This document shows, in pieces, positions 1 to 11,092 of a stretch of 64,000 bases of DNA. How positions within the stretch are numbered: the first letter of the stretch is position 1; each line of letters opens with the position of its first letter. The notes beneath the pieces were generated by a model. That model was not told the DNA's origin. It saw only the letters and a program-made list of their open reading frames with translations, and made no database searches. The DNA lies in assembly GCA_035637435.1 (NCBI GenBank), contig DASPXD010000231.1, positions 49,215 through 113,214 of the forward strand, in the 5' to 3' direction. Made by a program: the position numbers and the translations under genes. The stretch is from Gemmatimonadales bacterium (lineage in GTDB: Bacteria > Gemmatimonadota > Gemmatimonadetes > Gemmatimonadales > GWC2-71-9).

Positions 1-2061
1 GTGTTTCTCCAGTCGAGTCGCGCGGCTCTCGTGCGAATGCAGGCCTTCGATGAAGGGGGCAACTATGTGGCATTCGTCGACGCGGTGCCGGCCGACACGG
101 GGTTGTTCGCTCACGCCACAGGGCGGTTTCAACGCGTCGCCGCGGGTCCGGTCAAGCTCAGGGTCTTCGGAGAATCCGATCATTCCGTCACCGACACGGG
201 TGCGTACCGGTTCTACGTCTACAAAGTGAATCCGGCGCCCGAGCACGTCCCCGCCGCGATCGCGCTCGGTGACACCGTTGCTGGGGAATCGATCGACAGA
301 CCCGGCGATGTGGACGAGTTCACGTTCTCGGGCAACGCCGGAGACGAGATGAACCTCGCGTTCCAGTCGCTGCCCTCGAGTGACGTGCTGCGCGCGGACA
401 TTGTCAGCCCGGGTAACCAGTCAATCGCAAATGCGCAGACGTTTTCCTCCGATACCACCCTCTACCAAAGCGTCACCGGCACATTCACGCTCCCGGCGAC
501 CGGGACATACCGCGTGCGTGTGGCGAGCCCGAACTCGAGGAGTAGCAACGACGTTGGGCCGTACCGCTTCTTTCTGTATCGAATCAACCGCCAACCGGAA
601 ACTCGGCCCGCGACGCTAGCGTTGGGCGACAGCGTGAGCGGGGAGGCGATCGACGTGGCGGGAGACATCGACGAATTCCGCGTGGCGGTCCCCGATTCGA
701 CGGGCGCGCTTCTCGTGGTCGAACTCGCAGCCGCCCCGCAGGGCTCCAGCGTGGTCACGGCCGAGCTCGTCGATTCCGTCACGGGCCAGGTACAGGGCTC
801 CGCGTCGATTGGGACCGCCGGCACCCGAAGCCCGAGCGGCCGGCTCAGACTCGGCCCGGGCACGCACATCGTGCGGGTTTCGACCGGCTATTACCTCCCG
901 ACTCTGCGCGGGCCTTACCGGATCTGGCTGTACGCTTTCAGCTGGGGGCCGGAGACCGTCTCGAATATGTTCGCGATCGGCGATACCGTCTCGGGCGAAT
1001 CGATCGAGCCCTGGGGTGACTCGGACTTATTCCACTTCTATGGAGTGCGTGGTCAGCACGTCAATCTAAAGTTCCAGGGACTGGACCCCGCCGGTGGGAT
1101 CAACGGGCTGGTGGCCTCGGTGAGGCCGCCCGGGCAGAGCTACGGGCTCACGGCGGCAGTATTCACCCAGATGTCGGCGCCATCGCTCGAGAGTTTTCAG
1201 AGCATGCGCCTGGACCTGCCCGCCACCGGCTGGTATGACCTCACGATCGCTGATCCGGTCCTTGGCCTTGAGGCGCGCGGTCCTTATCGCTTCGCGCTCG
1301 TGCCTGAGGACAGTCTCCCTGAACACGTTTCGCCGGCGCTCGTGCCCGGCGACTCGGTAGGCGCCGAGCGAATCGACACTCCGGGGGACTGGGACCAGTT
1401 CTCGGTCACGGCGGCGCCCGGGCAGGAGTTGGGTCTCATCTTCGACGGCAAAGACGGGGATGCGGAGCCGTTCCCGTACGTGCGCGCCCGGAATCCCGCC
1501 AACGACGACAGTTTGGCCGGCACCGTCGGTCAATCCGAACGATTCACGGGGCCTTTCACGGTGCCGCCAGGCGGTCAGGTGAAGATCACCGTGTACGAGC
1601 CGGCCAGTTTCTTCCGCTTGTGCTCCGACGCGACGTGTGGCTCCGCGTTCAGGTTCGTCGGTCCCTACGGGCTGAAAGTCGTCAGCGTGAATCGAGCGCC
1701 GGAATCCGCTGCGGCCGCCTACACCGTGGGCGATACGCTCCGCGGCGAAGCCATCGAAACGATCGGCGACTTCGACGAGTTCACGTCCCCCGGCACGCCG
1801 GGCGAGCCGCTCGCCGTGTTCTTCCGCATGACGGCGCCTCCCGTGGGACCCGCGGGCTACGGTCTCACGATCGAAATCATCAATCCCGCCACGGGCGACA
1901 CGCTGGCGGGCCGCGGCGCGCAGACCTTCGGCCAGCAGTTCTGGCAGGTGGGTTCGTTCAATGTCCCCGCCGGCGGCAGTTTCGTGATCCGCGTGCGGGG
2001 CACCGGCACCTTTGGGGAGGGCCTGATGACCGGGCCTTACGAATTCGTCATCAAGCCCTAA
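1..2061 (+). CDS. Repeat protein, 5'-truncated by the window edge, with 5 complete plus 1 partial tandem ~110-aa modules resembling bacterial pre-peptidase C-terminal (PPC) domains
   Basis: The frame is open from base 1. The motif GD(T/S)(V/L).GE.I(D/E)..GD.D.F occurs five times, each followed by GPYR(F/I) or GPYG. Stop TAA at 2059-2061. Confidence 0.6.
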   Translation: MFLQSSRAALVRMQAFDEGGNYVAFVDAVPADTGLFAHATGRFQRVAAGPVKLRVFGESDHSVTDTGAYRFYVYKVNPAPEHVPAAIALGDTVAGESIDRPGDVDEFTFSGNAGDEMNLAFQSLPSSDVLRADIVSPGNQSIANAQTFSSDTTLYQSVTGTFTLPATGTYRVRVASPNSRSSNDVGPYRFFLYRINRQPETRPATLALGDSVSGEAIDVAGDIDEFRVAVPDSTGALLVVELAAAPQGSSVVTAELVDSVTGQVQGSASIGTAGTRSPSGRLRLGPGTHIVRVSTGYYLPTLRGPYRIWLYAFSWGPETVSNMFAIGDTVSGESIEPWGDSDLFHFYGVRGQHVNLKFQGLDPAGGINGLVASVRPPGQSYGLTAAVFTQMSAPSLESFQSMRLDLPATGWYDLTIADPVLGLEARGPYRFALVPEDSLPEHVSPALVPGDSVGAERIDTPGDWDQFSVTAAPGQELGLIFDGKDGDAEPFPYVRARNPANDDSLAGTVGQSERFTGPFTVPPGGQVKITVYEPASFFRLCSDATCGSAFRFVGPYGLKVVSVNRAPESAAAAYTVGDTLRGEAIETIGDFDEFTSPGTPGEPLAVFFRMTAPPVGPAGYGLTIEIINPATGDTLAGRGAQTFGQQFWQVGSFNVPAGGSFVIRVRGTGTFGEGLMTGPYEFVIKP

Positions 2062-2095
2062 CGCAACGAAAGGCCGACGTCGAGCGCGACCGAAA

Positions 2096-3537
<1,442 letters not shown>

Positions 3538-3553
3538 TGGAATGTAGCGGGTT

Positions 3554-4099
3554 CTAAATTTCGCGCGGGCGTGGTGGCCCGTAGCGCTCCGTCGGCTTGT
3601 GATGCTTTTCCCATTCCGCTTTGTAGGCGAAGGGATCGAGGCCACTGGGCTGGTCGAGGGCGAGGATGCCGTCCAGATGGTCGAGCTCATGTTGCAACAG
3701 CTCCGCCATCGGGCCCTCGAGGTCCATTGTGACCGCCTTGCCCTTCATGTCGGTGTAGCGGAGCGTGGCGCGGTAGGCGCGGGTTACGCGCACCAGCAGG
3801 TTGGGAAACGAAAAGCAGTCGTCCCAGACGTGGAAGTCCTCGGCCCCGACGTCGGTAATCTCGGGGTTCACCATCGTCGCCCGAAACTTCCCGACCTCCA
3901 CCAGGACAACACGCACGGGCGCGCCGATCTGCGGTGCGGCCAGCGCACGCCCCATGTCGTACTTCTTGCGGCCGGCATGCAGGGTATCGCGCAAATCGTC
4001 GGAAAGCAGCCGCACCGCCGGCGACTTGGGGTCTTCGACCGGGGTGCAGCGGACCCTGAGGATCGGGTCGCCGAGCTGGCGAATGCGTCGGACTGCCAT
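3554..4099 (-). CDS. def: Peptide deformylase
   Basis: 181 aa starting MAVRRIRQLGDPILR, with motifs GRALAAPQIG, DDCFSFP and QHELDHLDG. Trimmed from the 396-aa ORF to the ATG at 4099. Confidence 0.9.
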   Translation of the reverse strand: MAVRRIRQLGDPILRVRCTPVEDPKSPAVRLLSDDLRDTLHAGRKKYDMGRALAAPQIGAPVRVVLVEVGKFRATMVNPEITDVGAEDFHVWDDCFSFPNLLVRVTRAYRATLRYTDMKGKAVTMDLEGPMAELLQHELDHLDGILALDQPSGLDPFAYKAEWEKHHKPTERYGPPRPREI

Positions 4100-4184
4100 G
4101 TGGGCGCGCCAAATGTGGGGGATTTGGCCGCGCATGCAACCCTCTAGCGGGGATGTGCCGTAGCGACGTAGTGTCTTTCCACGT

Positions 4185-4796
4185 ATGTCGTTAGCAGGCG
4201 TCGTCCTGGCAGCCGGCCGGTCGGCCCGAATGGGCTCTCCCAAGGCCCTGTTGGACTTCCTCGGCTTGCCGTTCGCGGTGCGGATCCTGGAGGCGCTCGA
4301 AGCGCTGGAGGTGAAGACCCGCGTCATCGTCTTGGGACCCGACGCGCCCCGGATACAGCCCGTTTTAGCAGGCCACGACTGCATGATCGTAGAGAACCTG
4401 GAACCGGAGACCGGCCCAATCGCGTCACTACGGGTTGCTTTGCGCGCGCTGCAACCCTTGCAGCCCAGCGCCGTTCTCGTCTGGCCGGTCGATCTGCCGC
4501 ACGTCCGCGTGACTACCGTGGAACGCCTGCTCGAGACGCACCGCCGCACGGATACGCCGGCTGTCGTTCCGACTTTCGGCGAACGGCGCGGACACCCCGT
4601 GATCTGGGGATCGGCGCTGTTCAGCGAGCTCCTGGAGAGCCCGGCTGCCACTCGTGAGGGTGCGCGGGCCGTGTTGCACCGGCACGAAAAGGACGTCGTC
4701 AGCGTGCCGGTCGACGATCCAGCCGTAATCGACGAGTTGAACACGCCGGAGGACTACGAACGGCTGGTGAGGGAGTGGAATCGGGACATTTATTGA
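4185..4796 (+). CDS. MobA/MocA-like nucleotidyltransferase family protein
   Basis: 203 aa with N-terminal GVVLAAGRSARMGSPKALL nucleotidyltransferase signature. Divergent from def. Confidence 0.7.
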   Translation: MSLAGVVLAAGRSARMGSPKALLDFLGLPFAVRILEALEALEVKTRVIVLGPDAPRIQPVLAGHDCMIVENLEPETGPIASLRVALRALQPLQPSAVLVWPVDLPHVRVTTVERLLETHRRTDTPAVVPTFGERRGHPVIWGSALFSELLESPAATREGARAVLHRHEKDVVSVPVDDPAVIDELNTPEDYERLVREWNRDIY

Positions 4797-4800
4797 GTTC

Positions 4801-4829
4801 ATTGACAATCCCGACAAAACCATTAGGAT
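4801..4829 (+). promoter_or_regulatory. Candidate sigma70-type promoter and operator of the suf operon
   Basis: TTGACA (4801-4806), 16-nt spacer, TAGGAT (4823-4828) in an AT-rich gap. The inverted repeat AATCC(4806-4810)-N14-GGATT(4825-4829) spans the spacer. Confidence 0.35.
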
Positions 4830-4891
4830 TCCGAGCTAGGCCGTCGTTTTGATTGCCAAGCGTATGTCCGGTAACGACTTCCGGGAGCATC

Positions 4892-6325
4892 ATGACCAGT
4901 ATTGAAGCGCACGTCCAGCAACCGTACAAGTACGGCTTCGTCACCGACATCGAATCCGAGGTCGTGCCGGCCGGCTTGAACGAGGACGTGATCCGGCTGA
5001 TTTCCGCCAAGAAGAGCGAGCCGGCGTGGATGCTGGAGTGGCGGCTCAAGGCGTATCGCAACTGGCTCAAGATGTCCGAGCCGCATTGGCCGAACGTGAA
5101 GTACGGGCCGATCGACTATCAGGCGATCAGCTACTACGCCGCGCCCAAACAGCGGGCCAAACTGGACTCGCTCGATCAGGTCGATCCGAAGCTCGTCGCG
5201 ACCTTCGAGAAGCTCGGGATTCCGATCGAGGAGCAGAAGCGGCTCAGCGGGGTCGCCGTCGATGCCGTGTTCGACAGTGTCTCGGTGGCGACGACGTTCC
5301 AGGCGGAGCTCGCCAAGTACGGCGTGATCTTCTGTCCGATCTCGCAGGCGATTCGCGAGCACGCCGACCTCGTGCAGCAGTACCTCGGCACCGTTGTCCC
5401 GTACAACGACAACTTCTTTGCGGCGCTCAACTCGGCCGTCTTCACCGACGGTTCGTTCGTGTACGTGCCGAAGGGCGTGCGCTGCCCGCTGGAGCTATCG
5501 ACCTACTTCCGGATCAATGCATCGTCCACGGGCCAGTTCGAGCGCACGCTCATCATCGCCGACGAGGGCAGCTACGTCAGCTACCTCGAAGGCTGCTCGG
5601 CGCCGATGCGCGACGAGAATCAGCTGCATGCCGCGGTCGTCGAGCTGGTCGCGCTCGATCGCGCGACGATCAAGTACTCGACGATCCAGAACTGGTATCC
5701 GGGGGACGAGGAGGGCCGAGGCGGCATCTACAACTTCGTCACGAAGCGCGGCAAGTGCGCCGGCGCGAATTCCAAAATCTCGTGGACGCAGGTCGAAACC
5801 GGCTCGGCGATCACCTGGAAGTATCCCGGCTGCATTCTCCAGGGCGACAACTCGATCGGCGAATTCTATTCGGTCGCCGTCACGAGCCATCGCCAGCAGG
5901 CCGACACCGGAACCAAGATGATTCACCTCGGCAAGAACACGCGCTCGACGATCGTGTCGAAAGGCATTTCGGCGGGCCGCGGGCAGAACACCTATCGAGG
6001 GTTAGTGAAGATCATGAAGGGCGCCGAGGGCGCGCGGAATTATTCGCAGTGCGACTCGATGTTGATAGGTGATAAATGTGGAGCGCACACCTTCCCGTAC
6101 ATCGACGTGCGCAACAGCACGGCGATCATGGAGCACGAGGCGTCCACGTCCAAGATCGGTGAGGATCAGATCTTTTATCTGCGCCAGCGCGGTCTGTCGT
6201 CGGAGGACGCGGTGTCGATGATCGTGAACGGCTTTTGCAAGGAAGTCTTCAAGGAGCTGCCGATGGAGTTCGCGGTCGAAGCGACGCGGTTGCTCGGCAT
6301 AAGCTTGGAGGGGAGCGTTGGCTAA
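4892..6325 (+). CDS. sufB: Fe-S cluster assembly protein SufB
   Basis: SufB-like sequence starting [19 protein letters not shown] at 4892 preceded by GGGAG; an alternative TTG lies at 4853. First gene of a sufBCD-U-S run. Confidence 0.93.
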   Translation: MTSIEAHVQQPYKYGFVTDIESEVVPAGLNEDVIRLISAKKSEPAWMLEWRLKAYRNWLKMSEPHWPNVKYGPIDYQAISYYAAPKQRAKLDSLDQVDPKLVATFEKLGIPIEEQKRLSGVAVDAVFDSVSVATTFQAELAKYGVIFCPISQAIREHADLVQQYLGTVVPYNDNFFAALNSAVFTDGSFVYVPKGVRCPLELSTYFRINASSTGQFERTLIIADEGSYVSYLEGCSAPMRDENQLHAAVVELVALDRATIKYSTIQNWYPGDEEGRGGIYNFVTKRGKCAGANSKISWTQVETGSAITWKYPGCILQGDNSIGEFYSVAVTSHRQQADTGTKMIHLGKNTRSTIVSKGISAGRGQNTYRGLVKIMKGAEGARNYSQCDSMLIGDKCGAHTFPYIDVRNSTAIMEHEASTSKIGEDQIFYLRQRGLSSEDAVSMIVNGFCKEVFKELPMEFAVEATRLLGISLEGSVG

Positions 6326-7091
6326 GAGCAAAGTGGTGCTCGACGTGAAAGGGCTGCGCGTCGCCGTTGCGGGCAACGAAATCCTGAAGGGCGTCGATCT
6401 CACGATTCGCGACGGCGAAGTGCACGCGCTCATGGGGCCGAACGGCTCGGGCAAGAGCACGCTGGCGCAGGTGCTCGCCGGGCATCCGGCCTACACGGTG
6501 CTCGCCGGGGCCGCGAAGTACGAAGGCAAGGATTTATTCGACTTGAAACCGGAGGAGCGTGCCCGGGCAGGTGTGTTTCTCGCGTTCCAGTATCCGGTCG
6601 AGATCCGCGGCATCACGAATTCCTATTTCCTGCGCTCGGCGCTGAACGCGCTGCGCAGGGAGCGGGGGGAACCGGAGCTCGATCCGATCGACTTCCTGCA
6701 GTTTCTGGAACAGAAGCTCAAGGCGATCGGCTGGGATGACGCGATGATGAACCGTCCCGTGAACGAGGGTTTCTCCGGCGGCGAAAAGAAGCGCAACGAG
6801 ATTCTCCAGCTCGCCGTGCTCGAGCCCCGGCTCGCGATTCTCGATGAGACGGACTCGGGACTCGACATCGACGCGCTGAAAACCGTCGCGGAGACCGTGA
6901 ACACCCTGCGGCGCCCCGATCGCGCCTTCCTGATCGTGACGCACTACCAGCGGCTCTTGAACTACATCACGCCCGACGTCGTCCACGTCCTCGCCGACGG
7001 CCGGATCGTTAAATCGGGCGGGCCCGAATTGGCGCAGGAGCTCGAGGCTCGCGGCTACGACTGGCTGCGTGATGGCGTAATGGTGTCGTGA
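6318..7091 (+). CDS. sufC: Fe-S cluster assembly ATPase SufC
   Basis: Walker [13 protein letters not shown] signature FSGGEKKR and Walker [16 protein letters not shown] start preceded by GGAGGGGAG. Overlaps sufB by 8 nt. Confidence 0.93.
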   Translation: MAKSKVVLDVKGLRVAVAGNEILKGVDLTIRDGEVHALMGPNGSGKSTLAQVLAGHPAYTVLAGAAKYEGKDLFDLKPEERARAGVFLAFQYPVEIRGITNSYFLRSALNALRRERGEPELDPIDFLQFLEQKLKAIGWDDAMMNRPVNEGFSGGEKKRNEILQLAVLEPRLAILDETDSGLDIDALKTVAETVNTLRRPDRAFLIVTHYQRLLNYITPDVVHVLADGRIVKSGGPELAQELEARGYDWLRDGVMVS

Positions 7092-8401
7092 CGATGGCAG
7101 TGAAAACAGGCTCGGTAGAACGGCTGGTGGGCTCCTATCATGCGTGGGCAGCGAATGGCGCGTCCCGCGCTCCCGCCTGGCTCAAGGATCTCCGCGCAGG
7201 CGGCATCGCCCGCTTCAGTGAGCTCGGCTTCCCGAACATGAAGCAGGAGGCGTGGCGCTTCACGAGCGTCGCGCCGATTGCTGATGGCACCTTCGCGCTC
7301 GCCCATCCGCCCGCTCGCCTTCCGAGTCTCGTAGAGATCCAGCCGTTTCTGCTGGGCGACACCGGGCATCGTTTGGTCTTCGTCAATGGCTTCTATCAGC
7401 GCTCTCTGTCGACGGCCGTTGCCGACACGCTGCGTGTCCAGAGCCTGGCGGATGCGCTCGCCGAAGACCCGGATGCTGTCCGTGCGCATTTGTGCAGGTA
7501 TGCCGCGACGCAGGACCGGCCGTTCTGCGCGCTGAACACGGCATTCGTCGGTGAGGGCGCATTCGTCCACATACCGGCCAAGGTGTCGCTCGCGGATCCG
7601 ATCCAGCTGCTGTTCCTCGTCACCGACGAGAACCTCGTCATGCATCCCCGCAATCTCGTCGTGCTCGAGCGCGAAGCGCGCGCGAGCATCGTCGAGACGT
7701 ACGCGTCGCTGAACCACGCTCGCTACTGGACGAATACGGTCACCGAAGTGGTGGCCGGCGACGCCGCCCGGGTCGACTACCATCGCGTCCAGCGGGAGAG
7801 CCCGCGCGCCTATCACGTCGCCGCGACCGAGACGCATCAGGGGCGGGACAGCACCGTCAATCTGCACACGGTCGCGTTCGGCGCCGCACTCGCGCGGCAC
7901 GACCTCGGCAGCGTCATGGCGCGTCCGGGCGGCACGCTGATTCTCAACGGGTTGTATCTGCTCGCCGGCGAGCAGCACGCCGACCATCACACGACGATCG
8001 ATCATGCCGCCGACCACTGCGCAAGCCATGAGTACTTCAACGGCGTGCTCGACGAAAAGTCGCGCGGCGTGTTCACCGGGCGGATCATCGTGCGGCCCGG
8101 TGCGCAAAAGACGGACTCGAAGCAGACCAACAACAATCTCCTGCTGTCGGCCGACGCGCATGCCGACAGCCAGCCGCAGCTCGAGATCTATGCCGACGAC
8201 GTGAAGTGCACGCACGGCTCCACGGTGGGGCCGCTCGACCCGCGCGCGCTGTTCTATCTGCGCAGCCGCGGCGTGGGCGAGGATGAAGCGCGCCGGCTGC
8301 TCACCTACGGGTTCGCCGCCGAGATCCTCGGCCGGATGGAAGTCGCTCCGCTGCGCGCGCAGCTCGACGCCGTCGTGCGCGGCCGCCTGGCGGGACAATG
8401 A
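7088..8401 (+). CDS. sufD: Fe-S cluster assembly protein SufD
   Basis: 437 aa, SufB/SufD-family C-terminal half (for example LEIYADDVKCTHG). GTGA overlap with sufC. Confidence 0.9.
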   Translation: MTMAVKTGSVERLVGSYHAWAANGASRAPAWLKDLRAGGIARFSELGFPNMKQEAWRFTSVAPIADGTFALAHPPARLPSLVEIQPFLLGDTGHRLVFVNGFYQRSLSTAVADTLRVQSLADALAEDPDAVRAHLCRYAATQDRPFCALNTAFVGEGAFVHIPAKVSLADPIQLLFLVTDENLVMHPRNLVVLEREARASIVETYASLNHARYWTNTVTEVVAGDAARVDYHRVQRESPRAYHVAATETHQGRDSTVNLHTVAFGAALARHDLGSVMARPGGTLILNGLYLLAGEQHADHHTTIDHAADHCASHEYFNGVLDEKSRGVFTGRIIVRPGAQKTDSKQTNNNLLLSADAHADSQPQLEIYADDVKCTHGSTVGPLDPRALFYLRSRGVGEDEARRLLTYGFAAEILGRMEVAPLRAQLDAVVRGRLAGQ

Positions 8402-8868
8402 GCTCCGCCCCTCCCGATCTTGGCGAGCTGTATCAGCAGGTCATCCTCGACCACAACCGCAATCCGCGGAACTTCAAGCGCCTGGACGCGGCGAACCGCA
8501 AGGCGGAGGGCAACAACCCGCTGTGCGGCGACCGCATTCAACTGTTCGTGCAGGTCGACGGTGACACGATCAGCGACATCGGGTTCCAGATGCCGCAGGG
8601 TGCGGGTTGCGCGATCTCGAAAGCGTCGGCGTCGCTCATGACCGAGGCGGTGAAGGGTCAGAAGGTGGGTGATGCCGAAACGATGTTTCAGGCGGTTCGC
8701 GATATGCTCGCCGGCGGCGCGAATGCGCCGGGCAAGCTGGCGGCGTTTTCGGGCGTGCGGGCATTCCCGAGCCGCATCAAATGCGCGAATCTCGCGTGGC
8801 ACGCGCTGCACGCCGCGTTGCAGAACAGCGCGGAGCCGGTGACGACCGAATCGGCGCGGGACTTCTGA
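8398..8868 (+). CDS. sufU: SUF-type Fe-S scaffold / sulfur acceptor SufU (NifU-like N-terminal family)
   Basis: 156 aa with NPLCGD, GCAISKASASLMTE and KCANLAW cysteine motifs. ATGA overlap with sufD. Confidence 0.85.
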   Translation: MSSAPPDLGELYQQVILDHNRNPRNFKRLDAANRKAEGNNPLCGDRIQLFVQVDGDTISDIGFQMPQGAGCAISKASASLMTEAVKGQKVGDAETMFQAVRDMLAGGANAPGKLAAFSGVRAFPSRIKCANLAWHALHAALQNSAEPVTTESARDF

Positions 8869-10097
8869 TGCTCGATACCGCCCGGATTCGTCCTGACTTC
8901 CCCATTCTCGCGCAGCAGGAGAACGGTCACCGTCTCGTCTATCTCGACAACGCGGCAACCAGTCAGAAGCCGCGCAAAGTCATCGATGCGATCGTCCACT
9001 ACTACAACTTCCATAACGCGAACGTCCACCGCGGTGCCTACGCGCTCGCGGTCGAGGCGACAGAGGCGTACGAAGCGGCCCGTACCGCCGTAGCCCGCTT
9101 CGTCAACGCGTGGGCCCGCGAAGGGGTCGTGTTCACGCGGGGGACGACCGAATCGATCAATCTGGTCGCCGCTGCGTACGGCAGGACCAACGTGCGGCGC
9201 GGCGATACCGTGGTGGTGACGGCGATGGACCACCACTCCAACATCGTCCCGTGGCAGATCCTGTGTCAGGAAAAGGGCGCCACGCTCCGCATGGTCGAGA
9301 TCACGGAAGACGGGCGGATCGATCTGTCCGACTTCGGCCGGGCGCTCGAATCGAAGCCCAAGATCGTCGCGTTTCCCTCCGTCTCGAACTCGCTCGGCAC
9401 CGTCAACCCGGCCGCCCAGCTGAGCAAGCTGGCCCATGCGGCCGGCGCGGTGACCGTCGTGGACGGGGCGCAATCCACTCCACACCTTCGCGTGGACGTG
9501 CAGAGCCTGGATTGCGATTTCTACGCGCTGTCCGGTCACAAGATGCTCGGGCCGATGGGCAGCGGTGCGCTGATCGCGAAGCCGGCGCTGCTCGATGCGA
9601 TGCCGCCCTACCACGGCGGCGGAGAGATGATCGAACGGGTGTGGGACGACCGTTCCACCTGGAACAAGATTCCCCACAAGTTCGAAGGTGGCACGCCCAA
9701 CGTCGAAGCCGCGGTCGGACTCGGCGCCGCGATCGCCTACCTCGAGCAGCTGGGAATGGAGCGCGTGTCGGAGCACGAGCAGGAGCTCGCGCGTCTCGCG
9801 ATCGAGCGCCTGACGCAGATCGACGGCGTCACGGTCTACGGGCCGAAGGGCCACCGGGCGGGCGTGGTGCCGTTCACCTACGGCGACATTCACCCGCACG
9901 ATCTGGCGACCATCCTGGACCGGGACGGCGTCTGTATCCGCGCCGGTCATCACTGCACGCAGCCGCTCATGCGCCGGCTGGGCGTTGCCGCGACCGCGCG
10001 CGCGTCGTTCTACATCTATAACGATGTCGACGACATCGACGCGCTTGTCACGGCCGTTCGCAAAGCCGGCGAGCTGTTCGGGGTCCTAGCGTCGTAG
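8868..10097 (+). CDS. sufS: Cysteine desulfurase SufS (class V aminotransferase fold)
   Basis: Starts MLDTARIRPDFPIL at the ATG overlapping the sufU stop (TGATG). PLP lysine context SGHKMLGP and catalytic Cys context RAGHHCTQPL. The ORF-track start at 8781 is an upstream extension. Confidence 0.9.
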   Translation: MLDTARIRPDFPILAQQENGHRLVYLDNAATSQKPRKVIDAIVHYYNFHNANVHRGAYALAVEATEAYEAARTAVARFVNAWAREGVVFTRGTTESINLVAAAYGRTNVRRGDTVVVTAMDHHSNIVPWQILCQEKGATLRMVEITEDGRIDLSDFGRALESKPKIVAFPSVSNSLGTVNPAAQLSKLAHAAGAVTVVDGAQSTPHLRVDVQSLDCDFYALSGHKMLGPMGSGALIAKPALLDAMPPYHGGGEMIERVWDDRSTWNKIPHKFEGGTPNVEAAVGLGAAIAYLEQLGMERVSEHEQELARLAIERLTQIDGVTVYGPKGHRAGVVPFTYGDIHPHDLATILDRDGVCIRAGHHCTQPLMRRLGVAATARASFYIYNDVDDIDALVTAVRKAGELFGVLAS

Positions 10098-10120
10098 GCT
10101 CCTCTTCGTAGCTTCGGGGC

Positions 10121-11092
10121 ATGACCGAACCGGTCGTTGTCGATCGCGTCACAAAGAGATTCGCGGGCCACACCGCGGTCGATGCGCTTTCGTTGAGCGT
10201 CCCGGCCGGCCAGATCTATGGCCTGCTCGGCCCCAACGGCGCCGGCAAGACGACCACGCTGCGCATGATCATGGATATCTACGAGCCCGATGCGGGCGCC
10301 GTGCGGCTGTTCAACGACGTCGGCGGCGGGCGCACGCACTCGGCGCGCATCGGCTATCTGCCCGAAGAGCGCGGCCTCTACCCGCGCATGCGCGTCATCG
10401 ACGTGCTCGTCTTCCTGGCGGAGGCGAAGGGCGTCGCGCGCCGTGCGGCGCGCACGCGCGCGCTCGAATGGCTGGACCGGCTGGGCCTCGCCGACTGGCG
10501 CCTGCGCAAGGTGTCGGACTTATCGAAAGGCATGCAGCAGAAGGTGCAGTTCATTTCCACGATTCTGCACGACCCCGAGCTGGTGATTCTCGACGAGCCG
10601 TTCTCCGGTCTCGATCCCGTGAACTCGCAGGTGCTGCGCGACACCGTCGTCGATTATCGGCGGCGGGGCAAGACCGTCCTCTTTTCCACGCACATCATGG
10701 AGCACGCCGAGAAGCTATGCGACCGGCTGTGCATCATCGCGCGCGGCAAGAAGCTGATCGACGGCACGTTGGCGGAAGTGAAGCGGACCCATGGCGGCAA
10801 GCACGTCATCGTCGCGTTCGACGGCAGCCAGGGCGGCGCGCAGCAGATCTTCGCCGACCGCCGGCTCGTCGCCAGGATCCAGGACTTTGGCCAGCAGGCG
10901 GAGCTGGAGCTGGCGCCGGGCGCGGACGCTCAGGAGATCCTGCGGGCGCTGGTGCAGTCCGGCGCCCGGCTTGCGCATTTCGAGCTCGCCAGCCCATCGC
11001 TGCATAAGATCTTTGTCGATCTCGTTGGTCCGGAGGCCGCGACGGCGGCGGCCGTGCCGGGGACGCCGCAAGCGATCACTGCCAGTGCATAA
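10121..11092 (+). CDS. ABC transporter ATP-binding protein (ABC-2 / NatA-like)
   Basis: Walker A GPNGAGKTT, signature LSKGMQQK and Walker B LVILDEPFSGLD. Confidence 0.9.
   Translation: MTEPVVVDRVTKRFAGHTAVDALSLSVPAGQIYGLLGPNGAGKTTTLRMIMDIYEPDAGAVRLFNDVGGGRTHSARIGYLPEERGLYPRMRVIDVLVFLAEAKGVARRAARTRALEWLDRLGLADWRLRKVSDLSKGMQQKVQFISTILHDPELVILDEPFSGLDPVNSQVLRDTVVDYRRRGKTVLFSTHIMEHAEKLCDRLCIIARGKKLIDGTLAEVKRTHGGKHVIVAFDGSQGGAQQIFADRRLVARIQDFGQQAELELAPGADAQEILRALVQSGARLAHFELASPSLHKIFVDLVGPEAATAAAVPGTPQAITASA

Noticed and set aside
3554-4744. 396-aa version of the def ORF
   Set aside because: Only the last 181 aa look like peptide deformylase. The extension overlaps the opposite-strand MobA-like gene and is Ser/Arg/Thr-rich with no recognisable motifs. 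An internal ATG at 4099 gives a canonical Def N-terminus.
7055-9953. Long antisense ORFs (447 aa and 421 aa) opposite sufD and sufS
   Set aside because: The sense-strand products carry unmistakable Suf motifs. The antisense translations have no recognisable motifs and a biased Arg/Asp/His composition, so they are GC artefacts.
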